This document shows, piece after piece, positions 35,990-45,500 of a stretch of DNA of 64,000 nt. Every line of letters starts with the position of its first letter. Position 1 is the stretch's first letter. This DNA comes from an uncultured bacterium (GTDB lineage: Bacteria; Verrucomicrobiota; Kiritimatiellia; RFP12; CAIWXQ01), in assembly GCA_903861045.1 (NCBI GenBank), contig CAIOST010000353.1, forward strand, positions 4,097-68,096. Direction: 5' to 3'. Under the pieces are notes generated by a model that was not told the DNA's origin, did no database searches, and was given only the letters and a program-made list of their open reading frames with translations. Made by a program: the position numbers and the translations under genes.

Positions 35990-37678
35990 ATGGCAATGCG
36001 AAACAGCTATGAAAGCGCCGGCTATCTGCATACAACCACCGGCGCTCTGGCGGTGCTGCTTCACGCCGACAGCTCCGTGCTTCAAACATTGCTGATTATG
36101 CCACCCCTGTTCGAGGAACGCAAGTGCTGCCAGCGGACCGTGACCACCCTTTGCCGGCGCCTAGCGGGGCACGGTACCGCCGTCCTGCGCGTGGACCTGC
36201 GCGGCAGCGGCGACTCGCCCGTAGCGGATGCGCCCTTTACCCTGAGCGACTGGATGCAGGAATGGCGCGCAGCGGCCGCCGCGCTCCGCCAGCGCGCTCC
36301 GCGCGTACCACAAATCTGGCTGGGGATTCGCACCAGCGCGCTCCTGGCGCTGCAGCAGGCCGCCACCGCCGCCCCCGGCGAACAGCCGGACGCCCTGATT
36401 CTCTGGGAGCCAGTGACCGGCCCAGAGTTTCTGCGTCAGCTGCTCCAGCGCCGCCAGGTGAACGAGATGCTGGCGTACGGGCAGGCGCGCCGCAGCCGGC
36501 GGGAGCTAGAGCAGGCCTGGCAAGCCGGCGACGCCGTGGATTGCGACGGCTATGCGCTGCACGCCCAACTGTACCGTGACTTGCAACAACTACAACCATC
36601 CCCCTGGCACGGTGAGGGCTTGATCCTCTCTACCAGCCCGGACACCCGCACCGCAGACACCTGCCACCAAATGGCGCCATCCACCACCCGCCTTCCACTG
36701 CGCCTCCCCCCCTTCTGGAACACCGTCGGCCACGTTGACACCCACCCACTGGTGGAGGCCACCAGCCAGTGGTTGCAAAACCACGCCCCCCGCCTGACCG
36801 CCCCGCCCCCGGCACAAGCCGGAATCACGTCACCGCTGCTCCAGATAGCCGTCACGGACGGCACCGAAAGTCTGCTAACCATCCCCACGCCCGATGGTCC
36901 GTTGCGGGGTGTCTTGCACACACCCGCCCAGGCCGGCCGCGGCCGGATCGTATTGCTGCATGGCTGGTCAGGCGATCGCACCGGCCCGCATCGCATGTTC
37001 GTGCATGCCGCCCGGCAACTGTGCGCGCAAGGGTTCACCTGCCTGCGCTTCGACTTCCGCGGACGGGGGGACAGCGACGACGTGCCGACCGTGACCATTG
37101 CCAGCATGATCGCCGACACGCACGCCGCCCTTGCTTGGGTGCGCACGGCCGCGCCAGCCGGCGGCCCAATCACGCTACTGGCCATCTGCTCCGGTTGCAA
37201 GGTGGCTATCAGTACCGCCGCCACCGCGCCGGATATCGCCAGCCTGGCACTCTGGTCCGCGGAATCCATGGGTGCGCTGCGCCACGCCGCCACCACGTCG
37301 CGCCAGCGCCTCGCCGCCGTGCAGGCCTATGCCCGCAAGTTGCTCCTGCCGGAAACCTGGCGTAAACTGTTGCGCGGACATGTGCGCGCTGACATGATCA
37401 GCAAGGCGCTGACAACGGCCGAAGTTCGCACACCGGCCGAAGCGCGCGCCGAAGACGCCACCCTGCAGGCCTTCCGTGCATACCGCGGCAAGGTCCTGTT
37501 GATCTTCGGAGGCTCCGACCCGGATGCGCCAGGGTCCTCACAAGGCTATACGCGCTATTGCCGCATCCACGGCATCCCGCACACCTGCCACACCGTCCCG
37601 CAGGCCGGCCACAGCTACTATGGCCTCGCCTGGGAACGGGAAGTTCTGCACGTCACCGAGCAGTGGTTGCAGACGTAA
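35990..37678 (+). CDS. fused double alpha/beta-hydrolase-fold protein (both halves lack a canonical GxSxG elbow)
   Basis: Two repeats of the pattern ...LHG/ PPLFEE ... RxDxRGxGDS ... (VLRVDLRGSGDS and LRFDFRGRGDSDD). The putative nucleophile positions read LGIRTSALLA and LAICSGCKVA. C-terminal AGHSYY. Start at ATG 35990. Confidence 0.6.
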   Translation: MAMRNSYESAGYLHTTTGALAVLLHADSSVLQTLLIMPPLFEERKCCQRTVTTLCRRLAGHGTAVLRVDLRGSGDSPVADAPFTLSDWMQEWRAAAAALRQRAPRVPQIWLGIRTSALLALQQAATAAPGEQPDALILWEPVTGPEFLRQLLQRRQVNEMLAYGQARRSRRELEQAWQAGDAVDCDGYALHAQLYRDLQQLQPSPWHGEGLILSTSPDTRTADTCHQMAPSTTRLPLRLPPFWNTVGHVDTHPLVEATSQWLQNHAPRLTAPPPAQAGITSPLLQIAVTDGTESLLTIPTPDGPLRGVLHTPAQAGRGRIVLLHGWSGDRTGPHRMFVHAARQLCAQGFTCLRFDFRGRGDSDDVPTVTIASMIADTHAALAWVRTAAPAGGPITLLAICSGCKVAISTAATAPDIASLALWSAESMGALRHAATTSRQRLAAVQAYARKLLLPETWRKLLRGHVRADMISKALTTAEVRTPAEARAEDATLQAFRAYRGKVLLIFGGSDPDAPGSSQGYTRYCRIHGIPHTCHTVPQAGHSYYGLAWEREVLHVTEQWLQT

Positions 37679-37681
37679 GGC

Positions 37682-40165
37682 TCAGCGCACGTCCGGTTGC
37701 GCCACCTCGCAGGGCGGCACATGCCAGATCTCTTCCGCGTACTCCTTGATGGTGCGGTCGGAAGAGAAGCGACCGGCGCGCGCCACGTTCATCAACGCCA
37801 TGCGGTCCCAGACGCGTGGTTTCCGGTAGAGCGTTTCGATGCGATCTTGCGCGGCAATATAGGCCGGCAGATCCGCCAGCAGCATGTAATAGTCGCCAAA
37901 ATCCAGCAGCGACTTGACGATCGGGTCGAACAGTCCGGGGGTAAGCAGGCAGAACACATTCTGCCGGATCATGTCAATGGCCCGGCGCACCACCGGATTC
38001 TTGGCATAGATCGCCCGCGGATTGTAATTGGCCCGGCGCGAGGCCACCTCCTCGGCCTTCATGCCGAAGATAATGATGTTGTCCGGTCCGACCTCCTCCA
38101 GAATCTCGACATTCGCGCCGTCGAGCGTGCCCAACGTCAGGGCACCGTTCAGCATCAGCTTCATATTGCCGGTGCCCGAGGCCTCCGTGCCCGCCAACGA
38201 AATCTGCTCGCTGACATTCGCCGCCGGGATGATTCGCTCCGCCAGCGAGACGCAATAGTCGGGGAGGAACACGACATGCAGCTTATCGCGCGTGATCGGG
38301 TGGTTGTTCACCACATCGGCAATGCCGTGGATCAGCCGGATGATCAGCTTGGCCATCCCATAACCGGGGGCCGCCTTGGCGGCAAACACAAAGACGCGTG
38401 GCCACATGTCCGTACCCGGCTTCTCGATCAGCCGCTGGAACCGCGAGATAATATAGAGCGCCAGCAAGAGTTGCCGTTTGTATTCATGCAACCGCTTGAC
38501 CTGCACATCGAAGATCGCATCCGGCGCGACCTGCATACCGTTCTGCGCGCGGATGTATTCCGCCAGGGCGCGTTTATTGCTCTGCTTCACTTCACGGAAC
38601 CGGCGCAGGAAACTCTCGTCGTCGGCAAACTTCTCCAGGTCGCGCAAGCGCTCCAGGTTCGTAATCCATTCTGGCCCGATCGCCTGCGTGACTAACGAAG
38701 CCAGACGCGGATTAGCATACAACAGCCAGCGGCGCTGGGTGATGCCGTTGGTCTTGTTGCTGAAGCGCCCGGGAAACATCTCGTAGAAATCCTTGAACAG
38801 CGTTTTTCGCAGGATCTCGGTATGCAGCTTCGCCACGCCATTGGTAGAGGATGAGCCGACAATCGCGAGATAGGCCATGCGCACAAAGCGCTCCCCACCC
38901 TCCTCGATCAAGCTCATGCGCTGCAGTCGCTCCACGTCGCCGGGATATGCCGCCGAAATGCGCAACAGATGCCGCCCGTTGATCTCATAGATGAGCTGCA
39001 AGTGCCGCGGCAGCAGCCGCTCCATCAACGGCACACTCCAGCGCTCCAGCGCCTCCGGCAGAATCGTGTGGTTGGTGTACCCCATGCAAGAGCAGGTGAT
39101 ACGCCAGGCCTCATCCCAGTCCATCCGCTCCCCATCCACCAGCAAGCGCATCATCTCCGGGATCGCCAGCGCCGGATGGGTCTCGTTCAACTGCACAAAC
39201 ACCTTGTCCGGCAGCGCCGTCCAGTGATTACCATCCGCGCGGAACCGGCGCAAAATGTCCTGTAGCGTGCTGGATACAAAGAAAAACTGCTGCCGGAGGC
39301 GCAGCTCCTTCCCTTCCAGCACATTATCATTCGGATAGAGCACCTTGGTCAGGTTCTCGGCCAGCACCTTGTTTTCAACGGCCGCCACATACGAACCGCT
39401 GTTGAAATCATCAAAGTTGAATTCATCCGTGGCCTGCGCGGACCAGAGGCGCAGCGTATTGACGACCTTACCGCCGTACCCGACAATCGGCAGATCATAC
39501 GGCACCCCCAGCACCGGCTTCGTGTCCACCCAGCGCCATTCCGTGCGCCCTTCCAGCGTGACGGCCTCGACCCGCCCCTCAAACGGCACCGTCTGGGTGT
39601 GCTCCGGTCGCACGATCTCCCAGGGGTACCCCTTTTTCAACCAATGATCCGGCTCCTCCGTCTGGCAGCCATTGACAATCTTCTGTTTGAAGATACCGTA
39701 ATTGTAGCGCAACCCATACCCCATGGACGGCAGGTTGAGCGTGGACATGGAATCCAGAAAGCATGCCGCCAGTCGGCCCAGGCCGCCGTTGCCCAACCCG
39801 GCATCCGTCTCATAGTCACGCAGCACGTCCCAATCGAACCCCGCGTCTGACATCGCCTGCCGGCAGTCTTCCTCCATCTGCAAATTGATGACGTTATTGC
39901 CCAGCAGGCGGCCGATCAGGAACTCCAGCGACAGGTAGTAGATGCGCTTGACGTTCTGCCCCCGGTAGGTCTGCCGGGTCAACGACCACCGTTCCACCAG
40001 CCGGTCGCGCACCGCCCAGGCCAGCGCCGTATAGCGATCATGGTCCGTCGCATTGAAGCGGTCCTTAGCCAGCGTATAGCGCAAATGCCAACTAAAATCC
40101 TCGAACAGCGACTCCGCCGTCATCTCCACCCGACGCCCACTTTTTTTCCGGCTATCCATACCCAC
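37682..40165 (-). CDS. glgP: glycogen/alpha-glucan phosphorylase
   Basis: 827 aa. EASGTGNMKLMLNGALTLGTLDGANVE carries the PLP-lysine motif. N-terminal LAWAVRDRLVERW. Confidence 0.9.
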   Translation of the reverse strand: MGMDSRKKSGRRVEMTAESLFEDFSWHLRYTLAKDRFNATDHDRYTALAWAVRDRLVERWSLTRQTYRGQNVKRIYYLSLEFLIGRLLGNNVINLQMEEDCRQAMSDAGFDWDVLRDYETDAGLGNGGLGRLAACFLDSMSTLNLPSMGYGLRYNYGIFKQKIVNGCQTEEPDHWLKKGYPWEIVRPEHTQTVPFEGRVEAVTLEGRTEWRWVDTKPVLGVPYDLPIVGYGGKVVNTLRLWSAQATDEFNFDDFNSGSYVAAVENKVLAENLTKVLYPNDNVLEGKELRLRQQFFFVSSTLQDILRRFRADGNHWTALPDKVFVQLNETHPALAIPEMMRLLVDGERMDWDEAWRITCSCMGYTNHTILPEALERWSVPLMERLLPRHLQLIYEINGRHLLRISAAYPGDVERLQRMSLIEEGGERFVRMAYLAIVGSSSTNGVAKLHTEILRKTLFKDFYEMFPGRFSNKTNGITQRRWLLYANPRLASLVTQAIGPEWITNLERLRDLEKFADDESFLRRFREVKQSNKRALAEYIRAQNGMQVAPDAIFDVQVKRLHEYKRQLLLALYIISRFQRLIEKPGTDMWPRVFVFAAKAAPGYGMAKLIIRLIHGIADVVNNHPITRDKLHVVFLPDYCVSLAERIIPAANVSEQISLAGTEASGTGNMKLMLNGALTLGTLDGANVEILEEVGPDNIIIFGMKAEEVASRRANYNPRAIYAKNPVVRRAIDMIRQNVFCLLTPGLFDPIVKSLLDFGDYYMLLADLPAYIAAQDRIETLYRKPRVWDRMALMNVARAGRFSSDRTIKEYAEEIWHVPPCEVAQPDVR

Positions 40166-40260
40166 GCTCCTGTTGTTAACCGATCACGGCCTGCAATCGT
40201 GCCCAGTCTGCCATAAAACCCCCGCCGCGGTCACGCCCAGAAAAACCGGGGGCCCTACGG

Positions 40261-41061
40261 TCATGCCTCCCGGGCCTGCAAGGCTCGGTCCACATCCGGC
40301 ACGGCAGCCAGCAACGCCTGTGTGTAGGGATGCGCCGGCTGCTCAAAAATCGTCCGCACCGCCCCCTGCTCCACCAAAACGCCGTTATGCATCACGCAGA
40401 CCCGGTCGCAAACCGTGCGTACGACCGCCAGATCGTGCGAAACCAGCATGAGCGCCAGCCCTAGCCGCTGTTGCAGTTCGCGCAGCAGATTCAGTACCCG
40501 CGCCTGCACCGAGACATCCAGCGCCGAAACCGGCTCATCCGCCACCAACACCCGCGGCTCCAACGCCAGACAGCGGGCCAAGCTCACCCGCTGGCATTGC
40601 CCGCCGCTGAGTTCCCTCGGATAGGCCCCTGCCGTCTCCGCCGGCAACCCCACCTGCGCCAGTAACCGCGTAATCGCCACCGCCGACTGACCGCGTTCCT
40701 CCCGGGCAGCCAGATGATGCACCCGTCGCACTTCGTCCAGCATCGCCGCCACGGTCATCCTGGGGTTCAGCGACCCGGTCGCATCCTGAAAAACCATCTG
40801 CACCCGGCGGCAATAGGCCTCGCGCCCGGCCCAGGCACGCTGCGTCACCTCCACCCCGTCATACCGTATGCGTCCGCCACAAGGCCGGACCAACCCGACA
40901 ATCGCCTTGGCCAGCGTGGACTTGCCGCACCCGCTCTCACCCACCACGCCCAGTGTCTCCCCGGCCGCCACATGCAACGATACCCCGCGCACCGCCTTGA
41001 CCGGCGGACCGCCCGCCCGTGCATACTGAACCTCCAGATCCTCTATTTCCAGCAATGGCAT
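40261..41061 (-). CDS. oligopeptide/dipeptide-type ABC transporter ATP-binding protein (OppF/DppF-like)
   Basis: Walker [10 protein letters not shown], signature LSGGQCQR, Walker B VLVADEPVSALD, and a HPYTQALLAAVP tail. Confidence 0.85.
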   Translation of the reverse strand: MPLLEIEDLEVQYARAGGPPVKAVRGVSLHVAAGETLGVVGESGCGKSTLAKAIVGLVRPCGGRIRYDGVEVTQRAWAGREAYCRRVQMVFQDATGSLNPRMTVAAMLDEVRRVHHLAAREERGQSAVAITRLLAQVGLPAETAGAYPRELSGGQCQRVSLARCLALEPRVLVADEPVSALDVSVQARVLNLLRELQQRLGLALMLVSHDLAVVRTVCDRVCVMHNGVLVEQGAVRTIFEQPAHPYTQALLAAVPDVDRALQAREA

Positions 41062-41249
41062 AGGTCAGTAGCGTACCGGATTCGTCGGCATCCTGCAACG
41101 GCGGCCTACGCCCGCCGGACCGGATTCCCCGACCCGCGCCCACAAGGTGGCCTACGAACTTGCCCGCGGCATGTCAATTTTGCCCCCTCAACCGGTTCGT
41201 TCTTGCCATGTCCATCTCCGTTTTCGTACATTGCCCTTGCACTTTGTAC

Positions 41250-41343
41250 GGAGAGGTGGCCGAGCCTGGTTTAAGGCGCAGCACTGGAAATGCTGTGTGC
41301 TCCTAACGGGGCACCGGGGGTTCGAATCCCTCCCTCTCCGCCA
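41250..41343 (+). tRNA. tRNA-Ser (anticodon GGA)
   Basis: GGAGAGG/CCTCTCC acceptor stem and anticodon stem-loop CAGCA-CTGGAAA-TGCTG (GGA). Long variable arm, GGTTCGAATCC T-arm, discriminator G and encoded CCA; 94 nt. Confidence 0.9.
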
Positions 41344-41388
41344 TTTTTTCCCGCGGACTGCACGCCAACCGACTGCTCGACGCCTGCG

Positions 41389-42304
41389 ATGCACGAAGAC
41401 ACGGCACATTCAGTCAATGTTCGGGTCGCCGACCGGGATCTCAAGTATTATATTTTCGACTGGGATGACAACATCCTGCACATGCCCACGCGCATTCATC
41501 TGGAAAAGCGGCAACCGGATGGCACCTGGGCGCCGCACTTGGTCTCCACCTCCATCTTCAGCCTGATCCGGCACGACGCACAGCACTATCGCCCCCCGCA
41601 CGGCAACTGGAGCGAAGCCTTTGTGGAGTTCCAGGACTGCGCCGGGACCTCCGAAAGTCAATTTCTGCGTGACGCGCGCGAGGCCATCCTGCGCATCCTG
41701 AACGGCATGGAGTTGCCCCCCCCCAGCTTCCAGACCTTTCGGCAAACCCTCGTGGAGGGACGCCTGTTTGCGATTGTTACCGCACGCGGTCACGCCTCGG
41801 CCACGCTGCGCACCGGGGTCCGGCTTTTTGTGGACCTGGTGCTCACCCCCGACGAACGCAACCGCATGATGGCCAACCTGCATGGCTACCGCGCCTGCTT
41901 CGACCAGGTTAACGAGTTTGGCACGGACGAGGAAGAGCTGACCTACTATTTATCGCTGAACCACTATTATGCCGTCACCTCCCCCGGTTTTTCGCGAGCA
42001 GTTAGCCGCACCAACCCCTGGCGCCGAGTCGGCCGAGCAGCGCAAACAGTTCGCGGTGCGCTCATTTGTAGAGCACATTATTGCAATTCTGGCCCGCACG
42101 CAGGAGGGGCGCCTGCGCCATGCCGTGAGCGTAGGGTTCTCGGATGACGACCCTGGCAACGTCAAGGCCGTGCAGGATTACATCCAGTCGGAACTCGGCC
42201 GCGAGTTCCCCGGCGTACGCTTTGTGGTATACGACACCTCGGACCGAACGTTGGAGAAAGGACGCAAGATTGTGGTCAGCGGACAAATGGACTTGGGTTT
42301 GTGA
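41389..42304 (+). pseudogene. HAD-like (DxD motif) hydrolase-family gene interrupted by a frameshift (or assembly indel)
   Basis: The frame-1 ORF from MHEDTAH contains YYIFDWDDNILHMPT (HAD motif I-like) and AIVTARG. The conserved-looking C-terminal part (...QRKQFAVRSFVEHIIAILART...VGFSDDDPGNVKAV...) continues in frame 2 (ORF 41969..42304). Both frames are open between 41960 and 42147. C5 and T5 runs at 41981-41992 are candidate indel sites. Confidence 0.5.
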
Positions 42305-42450
42305 ACGCGCGCGTGCTGACAAACGAACGCCTACCCGAGTACGCAATCGCAACCTGCCGGAAGCACCCCGGTCGACGGCACGGCTAGACCCGCCTCGGCA
42401 ATCTACACGTTTTTCACGGAGGCATCGCCAACACAATCGCCCTCGAAACT

Positions 42451-42466
42451 TGGCCCGCTTCCTGCT
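42451..42466 (+). promoter_or_regulatory. candidate sigma-54 (-24/-12) promoter upstream of the TPR/ExbBD operon
   Basis: TGGCCCGCTTCCTGCT has GG and GC in the canonical register. It ends about 92 nt upstream of the ATG at 42559. The -24 box is imperfect (TGGCCC). Confidence 0.3.
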
Positions 42467-42558
42467 ATAAATCAACGCGCATGGGCATGGTGGCGTGAAC
42501 CGGGTGGTGCCGCAAGCCGACCAGGAATAACGGAACACGGGATACAGGCTGGAAACGC

Positions 42559-45500
42559 ATGGTAACAACAACATCCTTCGCAACCGGGTTGACGTCCATC
42601 CGCAACCACCGCTTGGTCCGCCCTCCATCCTTCTGCCTGCTCGGCCTGTTGACCGCGGCGCTGCTGCTGCCAGGCGCACATCAAGCGCGGGCCGACGAGC
42701 GCAATATCACGGCCGCCTCCTCCCTGATGGATCGCGGACAGTATGGCGATGCCATCAAACTGCTGGAAAAGTCTCTGGAGCAACAGGGCCCGGACAATTC
42801 CACGACCGAATTGCGTCTGATCGGCGAGTGCCAGTTCCTGCTCAAGGACTACGGCAAGGCGCGCACCGCATTTTCCCGCGCCCTAGCCAATGCGGACAGC
42901 CTCTCGCCCAAGGCCCGCATCGTCTGCGAGTCACGTCTGGCCATTATTGACTACCGGCTGGGCGACAAGAAGGGCGCCGATGAACGCATCGAAAACTTCA
43001 TCCGCAAATACCCGAAGGACAGCCGAGTCGGCACCATGGCCGTGATCCGCATCCGGATAACGCAGGAAGACAGCACCATCCCCCTGGCGGAAAAGATTCG
43101 CAAGGTCGAGGAGCAGCACAAGGTCATTGCCGCGGATAAGGAGGCCTTCGGCTATTACAACGCGGTGCTGGCGGCCCAGGCGCTGGGCGACCTGTACATC
43201 GAGAACAAGCAGGAGGATAAGGCGGTCGGGCTGCTGGTCACGGCCGTGCACGAGATGCGCGGCCTGATCACCGAACTCAAAGGGAAAGGCAAGGCCATCC
43301 CGTCCGATCTGGGGCAGGGCGTGGACGGCATGGCGCTGCAGATCGCCCGCTACAACATGTCCCGGAAGGAATGGGGCGAGGCCAAGAAATGGCTGGAGAA
43401 CGTTGACTATGCGGAGGACCTGAAGGCCCAGGCCAAGTACATGCTGGCCCAAATCGCCTACCAGCGGCGGGAGTTCGCCGAGGCGCTCTTCCAGCTCCCC
43501 GACGAGGTCGTGGCGCGCATCGCGGAAGGCGATACCAAGAACGCCATGTACCTGCTGATGGCGTTCTGCTGGCGTGAACCGGCCACCGCCAATGCGGAAA
43601 AGGCCAAGGAGGCCCTCAAAAAGATCCCGCCCGCCTCCTCTTCCTATTGCCAGGCCCAGCAAACCCTGGGTGACATCTACCGCGAACAGAAGGACCACGA
43701 GCGCGCCGAACCGTGCTACCTGAACGCGCTCAATGACAAGGAGAAGCGCTTCGCTGCCGCCGCGCGCTTTGGCCTGGGAGTCGGCTTCTACGAACGCGCC
43801 ACCACCATCCTGCTGATGGGGGCGACGGACGAGATGAAGAAGCAGCGCGAAGCCCTGTGCAAGAAGTCCGCCGAGCACTTCCAGGAGTTGCTCACGAAGT
43901 ACCCCAATACGGACCTGGCCCGGCAGGCCAAGCCCATGATCGAGAAGCTGCAGAACTGGGGGATCATCGTGGTGGTGGAAGCCACGGAGAAGGAGCAGAT
44001 CGCTGCCAAGGAGAAACTGATTGCCGAAAACCCCAACTCCTTCCCGGCGGCACAGGCGATGCTCTGGCTGGCGCAGCTCCATGCCAAGGCCGTGCAGGAC
44101 CCCAAAACCAAGAACCTGCTCAAGGCGCCCAACTGGGAGGCCTGCGCCAAGGCCTGCCTGCCGCTCGTCCAGAGCAAGACACCCTTCGCCAATGTCACGC
44201 CCGAGTGGTGGCGGGACAACCGCTGCATCGCCCTCTTCCTCCTGGCGCGCGCCGAACTCGGCAGCATCCCGCCCGGCGCCAGCGCCCGGCGTCTCCGCCC
44301 CAACCAGGCGGAACCGGTGCGTATCAAGACCGGGGGAAGCGCCGTGCGCGCCCTCCAAAACCTGACCGAGGCCCAGACTCTGGTCACCCCGCAGACCAAT
44401 CCGGACGTCACGCGTAACCTCGAGTTCGCCACGATCGAGGCCATGCTGAAGTCGCCGGACGCCGTCGTGCGCAGCCAGGGCGAGAAACGCTACGCCGCCG
44501 TGGAATCCAAGTACAGCCTCGACCCCGTCTACCAAAAACTGGCCATCATCACCGCCGACTGGCAGGACGAGCAAGGGTTCTACGAGGACGCCGGCCGAAT
44601 CTACCGCAGTGTGGCGCGCAAGGCGACCATGGACCGCGACCAGTCTATCCACCTGCTCCATCTGGCCGGCGCCAGCTACGGCCGCGGCGGGCGCGCCCTG
44701 ATTGAGAAGCGCGAGAAGAACATCACCCTCGGCATCCAGATCCTGCCGCGCATCGTGCTGCGCACCGGCACCACCAACACCCAGGAGGCCCTCTCGGCCT
44801 TAAAGCGCACCAAGCTCATCCCGTGGGAACCGACCGGACCGACCCTTTCGGCTGCGGAGGCCGTCGCGCGCATCTCCCGCGAGTTCAGCGTCCCGCTCGT
44901 CTGGTCGCCGGAAGTCGCGCCGGGCTCCGTCGCCGCGTTCCTCGCGCAGACCACGATCCCGCGCGAAACCGTCGCTTCGTGGCGCCAATCCATGACCTTT
45001 GAGAAAGCCCTATACAACGTCCTTGACCGGAAGGAGTTCTCCGTGGTGGCCGACATCGGCCTGTCCGGCGGCACCCTCACCTTCATTCCTAAGCTGGCCG
45101 AACTCGGTGACACCGACGATCAGGTCCTGGAGATCGTCGCCCGCCAGCGGGAACGCTTTGCGCCGCTGGCGCGGATGTACGGCTCGTTTGCCACCGTACA
45201 CGGCAAGCCGGCCATGATGTTCAACGTAATCAAGCGGGTGGAGGAACTCACCGGCGCCCGGATCATGTGGGGCGAGGGGATCCAGAAGGACGAGGCGCTG
45301 TCGCGCGACTTCCCCTCCTTCCCCGGCGTGGCGCCCGCCAGCAACCTCACGGTGCGCGCCGTGCTGGACAAGACCCTGGAAGCCGTGGGATTGCGCTACG
45401 AGGTCGTCCCCTGCGACCACAGCCGCGAGCTGATCATGGAGTCCATCTCCTGCTTCGACGAACTGCGCAAGTTTGGCGCGGACACCACCTACGCCGAGGA

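Noticed and set aside
35981-35996. Sigma-54-like motif TGGCATGGCAATGC overlapping the hydrolase start codon.
   Set aside because: The GG-to-GC spacing is one nucleotide short of the canonical register, and the motif overlaps the ATG it would have to serve.
42931-44661. Long antisense ORFs overlapping strongly supported genes. Examples are 42931..44661(-) at 576 aa, 45640..46821(-), 48999..50600(-), 51612..53090(-), 55985..57034(-) and 57805..58695(-).
   Set aside because: They lie opposite genes with clear family signatures. Their translations are Arg/Gly/Ala/His/Leu-rich with no recognisable motifs. Long stop-free antisense frames are expected in GC-rich DNA.
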